Shown one piece after another: positions 18,179 through 27,823 of a DNA stretch of 64,000 nucleotides. Under the pieces are notes generated by a model that saw only the letters and a program-made list of their open reading frames with translations, ran no database searches and was not told where the DNA came from. Within the stretch, counting starts at the first letter, position 1. Every line of letters begins with the position of its first letter. This stretch comes from a virus. Taxonomy: Duplodnaviria; Caudoviricetes. Location of the stretch: IMG/VR virus record IMGVR_UViG_3300044259_000047, positions 1 to 64,000 of that record. One strand, given 5' to 3'. A program made the position numbers and the translations under genes.

Positions 18179-20365
18179 TTGGAAAAGAAATGGTTTGAAG
18201 GTGATTGGATCTTCGATATTGAGACTTATCCGAATTGCTTTACCTTCGCTACAGTGTATTCAAACGGTAAAGGAATGCGAGCTTTTGAAATCAGTGATCG
18301 AAAGAATGAACTAGAAGAATTGCTTGATTTCTTCCGTAAGGTTAAGGGTGCTGGTCATCGTTTTGTAGGATTTAATAACAATGGTTTTGACTATCCTGTA
18401 ATTCATTACATCCTACAGAAAGCTCGTAAGGTTCACGGAACCGAAAAGAAGTTGAAAGTCACAGCAAAAGAGTTATATGATGTGGCTATGAAGCTTATCA
18501 ATTCAGGTAAAGAAAATAAGTTCGGATCTGCTATCAAAGAGAAGGATGTGATTATTCCTCAAGTGGATTTATTTAAAGTCCACCACTTTGATAACAAAGC
18601 TCGTGCTACTTCATTGAAGATGCTTGAATACAACATGCGTTCCAATGACATTGAAGATTTACCGTTTCCTGTCGGGATGACACTAAATGATGAACAGAAA
18701 GACATCTTAATCAAATACAACAAACATGACGTTAGCGAAACACTGAAGTTTTATTGGTATTCGTTTGAAAATCTAAAACTTCGCAAGGATCTGACAGAGC
18801 AGTTTGGTTTTGATTGCACCAATTTCAATGACACAAAGATTGGTAAAGAGTTGTTCATTCGAACGTTAGAAAAGGAAGCTCCGGGTTGCTGTTACACAAA
18901 AACCGAGTTCGGTAGGGAAGTACGGCAAACTAAACGAGACAAAATCATTATCAAAGATTGTCTTTTCCCTTACATTAAGTTTGATCGACCAGAGTTCCAA
19001 GCTGTACATACGTGGTTTAGGAATCAAGTTATCACTGAAACTAAAGGTGTATTTAGTGATCTTCTTGAGCACCAACTTGGTGATGTAGCTAAATATGCTG
19101 AAATGGTTGTAAAAAAGAAGAAACTATCTGATCCTGTTGATAAGAAAAACAAACGTTATGTACCAACTGAAGATGTAATTGAAAAGCTAAGGAAAGAATA
19201 TCCTCTCGGATGGCTTGAGGAAAAGGAACTAAAGTCACCAAAAGGAGCTAAAAGCTATTACTGGTGTTGGAATGTGGCTGAGACATTGAACGTTCTCATT
19301 AATGGGTTCCGTTATGATTATGGTGTTGGTGGTATTCATGGGGCTACTCAAGGAACTATTCGAAGCACCGATAGTCGAAAGATAAGGACTCTCGACGTTG
19401 CGAGCTACTACCCCAACATGGCAATTGCTAATGAGATTTACCCGAAACACTTAGGTAAGACGTTTTGCAAAGTGTATGCTGATTTGTATGAACAGCGTAA
19501 GGCAACGCCAAAAGCTTCAGCAGCAAACGCAGCATTAAAGCTTGCTTTGAACGGAGTCTACGGAGATAGCAATAACGAATTCAGCCCATTGCTTGATCCA
19601 GCCTATACAATGTCGATTACTATTGGTGGACAGCTGTCACTTTGCATGTTGATGGAAAAGCTGATTGATCATTGCAACGCTCGAATCATTATGTGTAACA
19701 CGGATGGTTTTGAGTATGTAATTGATGTTGACAAGTTTGAAGAAGCGGATAAATGGGTTAAATGGTGGGAGGATTTGACTAAGCTTCAGATGGAAGGTGA
19801 CACTTACAAAAAGATGTTCATTCGAGATGTTAACAACTACATCAGCATCACAGAATCGGGTAAGGTGAAGCTTAAAGGCGCCTATGAGTTTATGGATTTC
19901 GATAAACTGGGGTGGCATAAAAACCATTCAGCTATGGTAATCCCAATGGCTGTGAAAGCACACTTGGTTGATGGTGTTGATTATGAAGAGTTTATTCGTC
20001 TCCATGAAAATAAGTTTGACTTCATGCTCCGCACCAAAGTACCGCGAAGTAGTAAGCTGGTATTGGTAGTTGATGAGGAAGATGTACCGCTTCAAAACAT
20101 TTGCCGTTACTATCCGGCAAAGGAAGGTGGTGGTAAATTGATTAAGATCATGCCGCCATTAGTTGAAGGTGGTGAGGATCGTCGTCTAGGGATTGACACT
20201 GAGTGGAATGTGAAACCGTGTAACAACATTAATGACTTCTCTTGGGGAGTTGACTATAAATATTACATCGAACAAGCAGCAAAATTAATCGAAGCTGTCT
20301 CGGAGGATGTTACTGACAAACAAGGTAAAAACTGTGAAAGAAGTATGGAAACCGATCCTGACTGA
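18179..20365 (+). CDS. family B DNA polymerase with 3'-5' exonuclease
   Basis: Exo DIE, FNNNGFD, YNKHD; Pol DVASYYP, KLALNGVYG, NTDG. Confidence 0.92.
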   Translation: MEKKWFEGDWIFDIETYPNCFTFATVYSNGKGMRAFEISDRKNELEELLDFFRKVKGAGHRFVGFNNNGFDYPVIHYILQKARKVHGTEKKLKVTAKELYDVAMKLINSGKENKFGSAIKEKDVIIPQVDLFKVHHFDNKARATSLKMLEYNMRSNDIEDLPFPVGMTLNDEQKDILIKYNKHDVSETLKFYWYSFENLKLRKDLTEQFGFDCTNFNDTKIGKELFIRTLEKEAPGCCYTKTEFGREVRQTKRDKIIIKDCLFPYIKFDRPEFQAVHTWFRNQVITETKGVFSDLLEHQLGDVAKYAEMVVKKKKLSDPVDKKNKRYVPTEDVIEKLRKEYPLGWLEEKELKSPKGAKSYYWCWNVAETLNVLINGFRYDYGVGGIHGATQGTIRSTDSRKIRTLDVASYYPNMAIANEIYPKHLGKTFCKVYADLYEQRKATPKASAANAALKLALNGVYGDSNNEFSPLLDPAYTMSITIGGQLSLCMLMEKLIDHCNARIIMCNTDGFEYVIDVDKFEEADKWVKWWEDLTKLQMEGDTYKKMFIRDVNNYISITESGKVKLKGAYEFMDFDKLGWHKNHSAMVIPMAVKAHLVDGVDYEEFIRLHENKFDFMLRTKVPRSSKLVLVVDEEDVPLQNICRYYPAKEGGGKLIKIMPPLVEGGEDRRLGIDTEWNVKPCNNINDFSWGVDYKYYIEQAAKLIEAVSEDVTDKQGKNCERSMETDPD

Positions 20366-20903
20366 TGATATTCAGGAAAGATATGCAGTAAGTAATTTAG
20401 GAAGAATCATTGACCTAAAACAAAATAAGTGTTTAAATATCAATGACAATGGAGCTGGGTATAAAATTGTTGCTTTGATGGGACCAAAGAGTAAATTAAG
20501 AGTCCGTTATGTACATCGATTAGTAGCACAAGCTTTTATTGAAAATCCAGACAACCTACCACAAGTAGGGCACAAAGACCACACACGTTCAAATAACGTA
20601 GTTGACAATCTTTACTGGACAACTCAAAAACAAAACACAGCAGATGGTATTGCGGCAGGTAGGATCAATGCAAACAGGCCTAAGAAGAATCGAAGAGTTA
20701 CAGAGGATTTGATTTGTCAAATTGCTTTACTTGAGCATCAAGGATTTGGCGTCAACGAAATTGCTGTAAAGCTTGACTTTCCACGAACAACGATCTCTAG
20801 TGTGTTCAATGGTCGCAGCAACTGGGAGCTTTTCGAGTTTGTGAGAAGCGAATTGAAAAATAATTTGAAAACTGCTTCACAACCCTTTGTGATGGTGCTA
20901 TAA
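20307..20903 (+). CDS. NUMOD4-HNH homing endonuclease
   Basis: EVWKPI, YAVSNLGRI, VHRLVAQAFI.NP..LPQV.HKD..R.NN.V.NL.W; overlaps pol 3' end. Confidence 0.9.
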   Translation: MLLTNKVKTVKEVWKPILTDDIQERYAVSNLGRIIDLKQNKCLNINDNGAGYKIVALMGPKSKLRVRYVHRLVAQAFIENPDNLPQVGHKDHTRSNNVVDNLYWTTQKQNTADGIAAGRINANRPKKNRRVTEDLICQIALLEHQGFGVNEIAVKLDFPRTTISSVFNGRSNWELFEFVRSELKNNLKTASQPFVMVL

Positions 20904-20904
20904 T
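20876..20904 (+). promoter_or_regulatory. sigma70-like promoter
   Basis: TTCACA-17-TATAAT with TG extension. Confidence 0.7.
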
Positions 20905-20957
20905 AGATGGGTCGCTTATAAAAGTAGACCTAAAATATTTAAATAGGAGAAACAAAA

Positions 20958-21131
20958 ATGGCTAATGTAAAATACGAATACGAAGTAGTAATCGGTGACA
21001 ACCTGTTCAACCTTGAACGTAACAATCGACAAGAAGCACGAGAAACCATGAAGCAATGGAAAGAATCTGGTTTTGATGCTAAAATCATCCAACGTAAATA
21101 TTCACTGCAATCTGAACAACAGGTGCGGTAA
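20958..21131 (+). CDS. small hypothetical protein (57 aa, not in track)
   Basis: AGGAGAAACAAAA RBS; MANVKYEY...QQVR, first gene after promoter. Confidence 0.8.
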   Translation: MANVKYEYEVVIGDNLFNLERNNRQEARETMKQWKESGFDAKIIQRKYSLQSEQQVR

Positions 21132-21214
21132 ACAGAATTCACACGAAAGTGTGGATGTATACTCAACAAAGTAATGCGACAAAATTAAACGCTAAAATAT
21201 AGAGAGAAATAAAT

Positions 21215-21913
21215 ATGATTAAAAAAGCTCAACTGAAAACTGAAGTGATTGTCCGTGATCTGCCAAAGAAAGGCGATTTCGAAACTCTGAATATCTATCT
21301 GAAGAATGTTCCTGTATTCTACCCGGTAGTTCATGAAGTTAAGAAGAAGTACCAATCAGAGGAACGCGAATATAGCTGCACCGTATTCGTAGATGAAGAG
21401 GCTAAGGACAAACTTCTGGATGAAGTGATGCTGAATAAAACCTTTGCTCTTGTAGGTAAGGACAAGACCAGCAAGCCACCACGTCGCATCAAGTTTCCGC
21501 TATCTTCACAAGTAGAAGAAGGTAAGATTCATTACGATGCTGTTGATGGTATGTATGGTTTCAGTGTTGCCAAGCCTGAATTTAGCAAGCAAGGTAATAA
21601 AATGGTTGTAAACGTTATCGACACTGAAGGTAAGCCATTTACTGAAAACGTGGGTAATGAGAGTGTTGTAAACCTGAAGCTGTTCGGATACCGTAATAAG
21701 GAAGGTCAAGTTGTTGTAACTCTGGACACTATGCAAGTAGTTGAGCATGTTCCGTTCGAAAGCAAAGGTGCTACTGATTCTGTAGTGGATGATGTTTTTG
21801 GTGTTAGCTATAGCGTTAAGAAAGCTGATAAGCCAGCAGCGGAACAACAACAAGTTCCAGTTGCACAACCACAGGCGGTCGAAGATGAGGACGAGGATCA
21901 GATTCCTTTCTGA
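21215..21913 (+). CDS. single-stranded DNA-binding protein (T7 gp2.5-like)
   Basis: position after pol; VGNES.V motif; acidic tail EDEDEDQIPF. Confidence 0.8.
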   Translation: MIKKAQLKTEVIVRDLPKKGDFETLNIYLKNVPVFYPVVHEVKKKYQSEEREYSCTVFVDEEAKDKLLDEVMLNKTFALVGKDKTSKPPRRIKFPLSSQVEEGKIHYDAVDGMYGFSVAKPEFSKQGNKMVVNVIDTEGKPFTENVGNESVVNLKLFGYRNKEGQVVVTLDTMQVVEHVPFESKGATDSVVDDVFGVSYSVKKADKPAAEQQQVPVAQPQAVEDEDEDQIPF

Positions 21914-21963
21914 CCTTATATAAACACGCCGCAAGGACGCGGCAACATTTAAAGGAGAAAGAA

Positions 21964-22392
21964 ATGCAGCTAAGTTTAAAAGAAAAACTTCAGATTGTTG
22001 TATCAAGATTTGATGAATTTTCGAATCAAAAATATGTTCGAGGGTATGATAGTAAAATCTTTGATAGTTTTAAAGAAGCTTTGAGTGATTTGTATGAATC
22101 TTCCAGAGAATTGTCTGAGCACGTTTACATTGGTGGCGATGCTTTTCAATATAATCGCCATACACACAAAAAATCTCAGTTTGGGGTTAATCTAAACTTT
22201 ACCAAAGAAGAATATTATTATTTGTCTTGCATTTTAGGCCATCTGGTTCCTGATGGTGAGATTAGTAAGAGTTTACTTGAGAAGTTTGATACTTTGGAAT
22301 TAGATACCGCTGATTTTGATCGTGTGGAATTTAAGAGTGATACGATTGGAGGCCACTCTATGCAGCTTAATGAATTTAATTTGGAGAATTAA
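21964..22392 (+). CDS. hypothetical protein
   Basis: AGGAGAAAGA RBS. Confidence 0.7.
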   Translation: MQLSLKEKLQIVVSRFDEFSNQKYVRGYDSKIFDSFKEALSDLYESSRELSEHVYIGGDAFQYNRHTHKKSQFGVNLNFTKEEYYYLSCILGHLVPDGEISKSLLEKFDTLELDTADFDRVEFKSDTIGGHSMQLNEFNLEN

Positions 22393-22394
22393 TA

Positions 22395-22619
22395 ATGCAA
22401 TTTAGTATAGAAAAGATTACTAAAGAAAACGGAGAAGTCTCATACGCCCTTTATAAATATCCAGAAGCTTTTGGTGCTGAGTCTCAATTACCGTTCCCTG
22501 TTCCGAAAGAGCTTCTAGTTAAAGGACTCTTCTCCGTAGAAGAGGCCGAAGCTTACGCTCAAGCTTATGTTGAATGTAAAGTAAAATCTGTTGAAACTGT
22601 AAAAACTTTTAATATCTGA
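22395..22619 (+). CDS. hypothetical protein
   Basis: GGAGA RBS. Confidence 0.7.
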   Translation: MQFSIEKITKENGEVSYALYKYPEAFGAESQLPFPVPKELLVKGLFSVEEAEAYAQAYVECKVKSVETVKTFNI

Positions 22620-22631
22620 GGAGAATGAATA

Positions 22632-22889
22632 ATGATCACTGAAAAAGAATTGTTCGACCGTCTAGCTGACCTTGAAGCACAAAAGCTAACACTTGGTGAC
22701 GATATTCGACAACTCAAAGCCGATGCCAAATATGATGAAGAAATGAATCCAAAGGGTTTGTCTTCAGATGATATCAAACTCATTGCAGCGGCTGCTAAGC
22801 TACAAGCAAAAGCTGATTATGAAGAGAAGAAAGAAGCTGCAACTGCTGTATTTAAGAAGTATGAAGAACTGAGTGGTTACAACGACTAA
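22632..22889 (+). CDS. T4 DsbA/GapR-like dsDNA-binding protein
   Basis: RLADLEAQK..L.DDIRQLK..AK helical pattern. Confidence 0.6.
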   Translation: MITEKELFDRLADLEAQKLTLGDDIRQLKADAKYDEEMNPKGLSSDDIKLIAAAAKLQAKADYEEKKEAATAVFKKYEELSGYND

Positions 22890-22899
22890 AATAAATACC

Positions 22900-22919
22900 G
22901 GGGCCGAAAGGCCCTTTTT
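22900..22919 (+). terminator. intrinsic terminator
   Basis: GGGCC-GAAA-GGCCC-TTTTT. Confidence 0.85.
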
Positions 22920-22933
22920 AGTAAGAGGTGTAA

Positions 22934-23995
22934 ATGGCAGAATATGAAAAGGCACTTCTAGATGCGGACACTCCGGTTCTAAGGGCTGCATTGTCAGTTC
23001 AGAATAACTTTGTACTAGTAACAAATAAAGGTACTGGTAAGACTGTACGGTTTGACAATCAAACAGCTTTTTGGGGGCACTGGAAGAACAAAGCAGGTGG
23101 TAAGCTTAAAGAATACAACGATGTTCGTAAAAGCAAAGGCTTGGAGATTTGGACTCCTGACGACTTTGAACTAGAAGAATGTAGTGAGTTAAATCCTGAC
23201 ATTGAAGATCACATTAATAAAGCTGTAGAACAGTTTGATTATTTCGTTGGACGAATCAAGCGTTATGGTTTTGCAAATGATTATGTTCTTGGTATTGGTG
23301 GGGAAGGTAATTTCCGAAAAGATATTGCACAGATACTTCCGTACAAGGGACTTCGTAAAGACAAGCCTCTGTTGTTTCACGAAGTAAAAGAAGCAATTGT
23401 CCAGAAGTACAAAAGTAAAGTTGTAATCAGCAACAACCAAGAAGTTGACGACTGGGCAGGTATTGAGGGCTTTAAAAATTACAAACACTTCCTCAAAACA
23501 GGTAAGTGGAAGAATGTTCTAGGTTTCTGCGATAAGGATCTTGCACAGATTATTAGTCCTCAGTTTAACTATCTTGATGATAATGCTAAGGTATTTATAC
23601 CCACACCAGAAGATGCAGCAAGGGCTTTTACAGTGCAATTGCTTTGTGGCGATAAGGGAACTGATAACATCCAAGGTTTACCAAACTTTACAGAAGAGAT
23701 TAGACAGAAATATTCTCTAGGTAAAACCAAAGGCATTGGTAAAGCTACAGCACTTAAATATCTTGAAGGCTCTAGTGATATTAAGGAAATGTTCTCTCGT
23801 GTTGTTGAAGCTTACAAGAGTTATTACGGCAATGAGAAGCAAGAGTTTGTATCTTGGCGAGATGAGTGTTTGATGTGGGATTGGCTTGACTACTTACAAG
23901 ATAACGCACAACTCTTATGGCTGCGAAGAGAAGAGGGTGAAATGTATCATATTTGTACAACATTAGATCGGCTGGGGGTGGACTATCGCTCGTAA
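22934..23995 (+). CDS. 5'-3' exonuclease (T7 gp6/FEN-like)
   Basis: LLDAD, NFR..YKG.R, EVDD, DKDL, GD..DNI.G motifs. Confidence 0.9.
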   Translation: MAEYEKALLDADTPVLRAALSVQNNFVLVTNKGTGKTVRFDNQTAFWGHWKNKAGGKLKEYNDVRKSKGLEIWTPDDFELEECSELNPDIEDHINKAVEQFDYFVGRIKRYGFANDYVLGIGGEGNFRKDIAQILPYKGLRKDKPLLFHEVKEAIVQKYKSKVVISNNQEVDDWAGIEGFKNYKHFLKTGKWKNVLGFCDKDLAQIISPQFNYLDDNAKVFIPTPEDAARAFTVQLLCGDKGTDNIQGLPNFTEEIRQKYSLGKTKGIGKATALKYLEGSSDIKEMFSRVVEAYKSYYGNEKQEFVSWRDECLMWDWLDYLQDNAQLLWLRREEGEMYHICTTLDRLGVDYRS

Positions 23996-24374
23996 AACGC
24001 CCCCATGGCCTAAGTATGAGGCTTGGACAACAAGCAGATATTGGACTTTTCTACGGTCTGGACTGCGCAGTTTAAGTCGTAAATGGCCGCCGATATATGA
24101 ATGCCTACACAGAGCCAGACGACCTTACAAGGGCGAAAATAAGCGTAAGAAATGGGAATACCAGTGTGCTGAGTGCAAAGAATGGTTTGACGCTAAAAAC
24201 GTTGCTGTTGATCACAGAATCCCTTGTGGTGAGCTAAACTCTTACGAAGATTTACCCGGCTTTGTAGAAAGGCTTTTTTGTAGTGCTGATGAGCTTGACT
24301 GTCTTTGCCATACGTGCCATGATAGCAAAACCAAAAAAGAACGTGAGGATAAAAAGAATGCAAAAACTAACTAA
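23985..24374 (+). CDS. Zn-binding HNH endonuclease, apparent non-canonical ATC start (not in track)
   Basis: 129-codon frame with YQCAEC, VDHRIPCG, LCHTCHDSKT; no ATG/GTG/TTG after upstream TAG; GGGGGTG SD 4 nt before ATC. Confidence 0.8.
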   Translation: MARKTPPWPKYEAWTTSRYWTFLRSGLRSLSRKWPPIYECLHRARRPYKGENKRKKWEYQCAECKEWFDAKNVAVDHRIPCGELNSYEDLPGFVERLFCSADELDCLCHTCHDSKTKKEREDKKNAKTN

Positions 24375-24618
24375 AGAACAAATGCTTACACAGCTTATGA
24401 TTAAGCTTGACCAGATTGAATATAAGCTGGATAAGGTGTTGAGTTTAAATCCCCAAATTCAAAGTGTAGTTACAGGTAACGCTTTTCTAGTTCATGGTAA
24501 TTCGGACGGTAAGCCACCCCGTTGGAACAACGAATCATGTATTGATTATATGAAACGCATTGGTGAGCTAAACACTGCACAGTCAGATGAAGAAGCTTTC
24601 AGAGAGGAATGTAAGTGA
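24358..24618 (+). CDS. hypothetical protein
   Basis: GAGGA RBS before MQKLTK. Confidence 0.65.
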   Translation: MQKLTKEQMLTQLMIKLDQIEYKLDKVLSLNPQIQSVVTGNAFLVHGNSDGKPPRWNNESCIDYMKRIGELNTAQSDEEAFREECK

Positions 24619-24704
24619 ATTATTGGACAGCTTATTTCACAGCCTCATTTATTGAATATGCAACTTTCTTCTATGTATTCACAAATCAATTGGGAATCTA
24701 GCTT

Positions 24705-24932
24705 ATGAAAGATGATAATGTGATTTCTCTGTTTGCTAAGAAAAATCTTTCAGAAACTAAAGAAACTCCTGAAGAGATTGTACTTAGATTTCATTTAAAA
24801 CTTGATGAAGTGTTGGCTGAATTTCACTTTCTAAATCCTTGTGAGAAATATGAGGTGATGTCAAGTACAATCAAGATTTGTAAAGATGTGTTTGAACTAT
24901 ATTTTGATATGAAGAAGAGGGTAGAAATCTAA
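24705..24932 (+). CDS. hypothetical protein
   Basis: operon ORF. Confidence 0.6.
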   Translation: MKDDNVISLFAKKNLSETKETPEEIVLRFHLKLDEVLAEFHFLNPCEKYEVMSSTIKICKDVFELYFDMKKRVEI

Positions 24933-25114
24933 TGCAAGTAGATATTTCAATTGATGGCGAAAGTTACCGTCTGGGTAAAATTAAAAATATTACCAAAGTA
25001 ACTTCCAAAGAAGGTTACATTCAATTTTGGCGAAATGATTATTGTATTGCCACTTACAGTCTGGAAGAGTATGCTAAAACTTTAAATTTTGAAGTTGTGG
25101 AGGAAGATGAGTGA
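24932..25114 (+). CDS. hypothetical protein
   Basis: TAATG overlap. Confidence 0.6.
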   Translation: MQVDISIDGESYRLGKIKNITKVTSKEGYIQFWRNDYCIATYSLEEYAKTLNFEVVEEDE

Positions 25115-25878
25115 GTAAGCACCTAATCGTAGCGGATACCCAGTGTAAGCCGGGTCACGACCTAAGTTATATGTCAGCTATTGGCCAATACATTGCAGCT
25201 AAACGACCAGACGTTATTATTCATATTGGCGACCATTACGACTTTGAAAGCCTAAGTTCTTATGATCGTGGTAAGAAATCCTTTGAAGGTCGTCGTTTGA
25301 TTGCTGATATCGAAGCGGGTAATAAAGGCATGGAGCTTATGATGAAACCCATTTGGGATCTTCAACGAGCACAACGCCGATATAAAAAGAAAGTATACAA
25401 TCCACGGCTTGTATTTTGTGTCGGGAACCATGAGCAGCGCTTCGACCGCGTTGCAAATGATATGCCTGAGTTTGAAGGCTTCGTAGGTACAGAGACGTTA
25501 CACCTAGAACGATATGGTTTTGAAGTACATGATTTCTTGCTTCCTGTAGAAATTGATGGTATTTTCTATGTACATTACCTTGCTAACCCATTCACAGGAA
25601 AACCTTACGGCGGTACAGCAATGAGTCAGCTTAAAACTGTAGGTCGATCCTTTGTTGTAGGGCATAAGCAATGTCTTGATATTGCAATTCGACCAAGTTT
25701 AGATGGTAAAATGCAGATTGGTATTATCAACGGTGCCTGCTATCCTCATGAAGAGGCATATAAAGGTTATCAAGGTAATAATCACTTCCGTGGTTTGACT
25801 ATGCTACATGATGTTAAAGATGGATTTGGCAATCCGATGATGGTAAGTTTAGATTATTTGATGGAGAAATATGCCTAA
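25111..25878 (+). CDS. calcineurin-like metallophosphoesterase
   Basis: DTQ, GDHYD, GNHE, GHKQ motifs. Confidence 0.9.
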   Translation: MSKHLIVADTQCKPGHDLSYMSAIGQYIAAKRPDVIIHIGDHYDFESLSSYDRGKKSFEGRRLIADIEAGNKGMELMMKPIWDLQRAQRRYKKKVYNPRLVFCVGNHEQRFDRVANDMPEFEGFVGTETLHLERYGFEVHDFLLPVEIDGIFYVHYLANPFTGKPYGGTAMSQLKTVGRSFVVGHKQCLDIAIRPSLDGKMQIGIINGACYPHEEAYKGYQGNNHFRGLTMLHDVKDGFGNPMMVSLDYLMEKYA

Positions 25879-26503
25879 AGTTTGTTTAATCGCGGGTTGG
25901 GGTATAAATGATAGCAATGGGGATGTGAAAAATAATCCTCACTATCAAAGATGGGATAGTATGTTAAGGCGGTGCTACAAGCCTTATAGTGAAAAGACCG
26001 CGATGGTCTATCAAGGTTGTAGTGTTGATGACCGATGGAAATATTTTTCTGAATTTGAAAAGTGGTCAAAACAGAACTATGTTGATGGATACCAACTAGA
26101 TAAAGATCTTCTGTTACAAGGTAATAAAGTCTACGGTCCAGAGTTTTGTAGGTATGTCCCTGCTTTTGTTAACTCAAGTATAGTTACTCATGATAGAGGT
26201 AGAGGGGAATATCCATTAGGAGTTTCTAAAATGAAACCTTGTAAAAGGTCAACGAATGGGAGGAAAAAGCCCTTCCTTGTGAAAATGACAGACGAAGGCT
26301 TGACCAAGAATTTTGGGTATTTTTCTGACCCGGTGGAAGCGCATAAGGTTTGGCAAATAGAAAAAGCTAAACAGCTTCAAAAGGTCTTGTACAATTATGT
26401 CGAATGTGCTAATTTTGATACTGAAATAGCTTGCAGTTTAAATGCTAAAATTTGGAAACTTCTATTAGACAACTCTTTAAATATTGAAACTACAGGACTA
26501 TGA
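25871..26503 (+). CDS. HNH-type homing endonuclease
   Basis: W.SML.RCY, Y.GC.V..W..F..F, LDKDLL..GNK.Y.PE.C..VP...N. Confidence 0.8.
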   Translation: MPKVCLIAGWGINDSNGDVKNNPHYQRWDSMLRRCYKPYSEKTAMVYQGCSVDDRWKYFSEFEKWSKQNYVDGYQLDKDLLLQGNKVYGPEFCRYVPAFVNSSIVTHDRGRGEYPLGVSKMKPCKRSTNGRKKPFLVKMTDEGLTKNFGYFSDPVEAHKVWQIEKAKQLQKVLYNYVECANFDTEIACSLNAKIWKLLLDNSLNIETTGL

Positions 26504-27123
26504 ACATGAAAGTCGGAGACACTGTTAAACTAAAACCTGCAATGTGGCAAGGGATACGGCCTGAAGCCTATGGACTTAGTTTCGCTAGAGAGTATGTTGT
26601 CAGTACGGTTTATGAAGATCAAGAGTATCCAAGCTTGCGTATTGAAGGAATTGCTGGTACGTTTGATGTTGAAGCTTTTCAATTGGTAAAGGAGAAAGAG
26701 GTGAGTAAATTTAAGGTTGGGAATAAGGTGATTTGTACTCATCGAGTAGACGGTAATTGGTACATGATCGGTGATGAGCTAGAGATTAGCGCTTGTCTTG
26801 GTGAAGTGTTTGATAATGGTCGCCGTTATATCGCTTATAATGTGGCAGCACATAAGGATAAAGGTGTTTGGATTGAAGAGAGCGACTTTGAGTTGGTTAA
26901 ACACTCTAAATCTTCTCTTGATGTTCAAGTAGGCGGAAGTCACTATAAAGACAAGGGAATTCAACCTGTTGAATATTGCTACCAAAACAATCTAGGTTTC
27001 CTTGAATCTAATGTGGTGAAGTATGTCTCTCGCCACAAGGATAAAAACAAGGCTGATGATATTAAAAAGGCTATCCACTACTGCAAATTTATCCTTGAGT
27101 TTGAATATGGAATTGTAGAATGA
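26500..27123 (+). CDS. DUF3310 / T7 gp1.7-like nucleotide kinase with two N-terminal SH3-like repeats
   Basis: QVGGSHY...QPVE...F..NVVKY..R...K....D.KKA.HY. Confidence 0.75.
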   Translation: MNMKVGDTVKLKPAMWQGIRPEAYGLSFAREYVVSTVYEDQEYPSLRIEGIAGTFDVEAFQLVKEKEVSKFKVGNKVICTHRVDGNWYMIGDELEISACLGEVFDNGRRYIAYNVAAHKDKGVWIEESDFELVKHSKSSLDVQVGGSHYKDKGIQPVEYCYQNNLGFLESNVVKYVSRHKDKNKADDIKKAIHYCKFILEFEYGIVE

Positions 27124-27668
27124 AACGTCTAATCTCTGTTGATTGTGATTTGACTGTTTGTCCTTCCGACCAAGGATGGTCTAAGTGGCTACAAGAAAGA
27201 ACAGAAGGTCCAAAATCTTGGATTGAATATACGAATCAAAGGCCTTATAACTTAGCAGAGATTTACAAAGATGTTGAAGATCCTTTCAAATACTGGCGAG
27301 AACTTGATTACTTCCAATTACAACCTATTGAAGGTGCTGTTGATAAACTAAAAAATTTAAGTCAATACTTTAACATCTGCTTTGTTAGTGCTCATAAAGG
27401 CCAACACAGTAAGAGCAAGTACTATTGGTTGGAAGAGCATTTCCCATTCAATTGTGGTGTAATTCTTACTAAAGAAAAACACCTTATGAATGATTCAGTG
27501 CTATGTCATATTGATGATCGAAAAGATATGCTAGAAAAGTTTGACACTCACAAACGAGTGCTATACAATACCCCCTACAAGCAATCCTCTGATTGTTCTG
27601 TGAATATGGTGATTAATAATTGGGAAGATTTTAGTGTCTCTGAATTTTGTAAGGAATATCTTAAGTGA
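27120..27668 (+). CDS. HAD-family 5'(3')-deoxyribonucleotidase
   Basis: DCDLTV motif I, K..WL..HFPF, IDDR motif IV. Confidence 0.85.
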   Translation: MKRLISVDCDLTVCPSDQGWSKWLQERTEGPKSWIEYTNQRPYNLAEIYKDVEDPFKYWRELDYFQLQPIEGAVDKLKNLSQYFNICFVSAHKGQHSKSKYYWLEEHFPFNCGVILTKEKHLMNDSVLCHIDDRKDMLEKFDTHKRVLYNTPYKQSSDCSVNMVINNWEDFSVSEFCKEYLK

Positions 27669-27820
27669 ATAAGTTTGGTAAAGATGATTTGTATTTGATT
27701 GTAGATTTCCTTGAACAACAGATTGAACTACACTATGATCTGTATGGTGATGAGTTTGAGGAAGATAAAGAAATGTTTAGCAAAACCCGAGAAGTAATTA
27801 AAAGTCTAATTAAGGAGTAA
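27665..27820 (+). CDS. small hypothetical protein (51 aa, not in track)
   Basis: GTGA overlap, AAGGA RBS, fills gap before dUTPase. Confidence 0.6.
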   Translation: MNKFGKDDLYLIVDFLEQQIELHYDLYGDEFEEDKEMFSKTREVIKSLIKE

Positions 27821-27823
27821 GAA

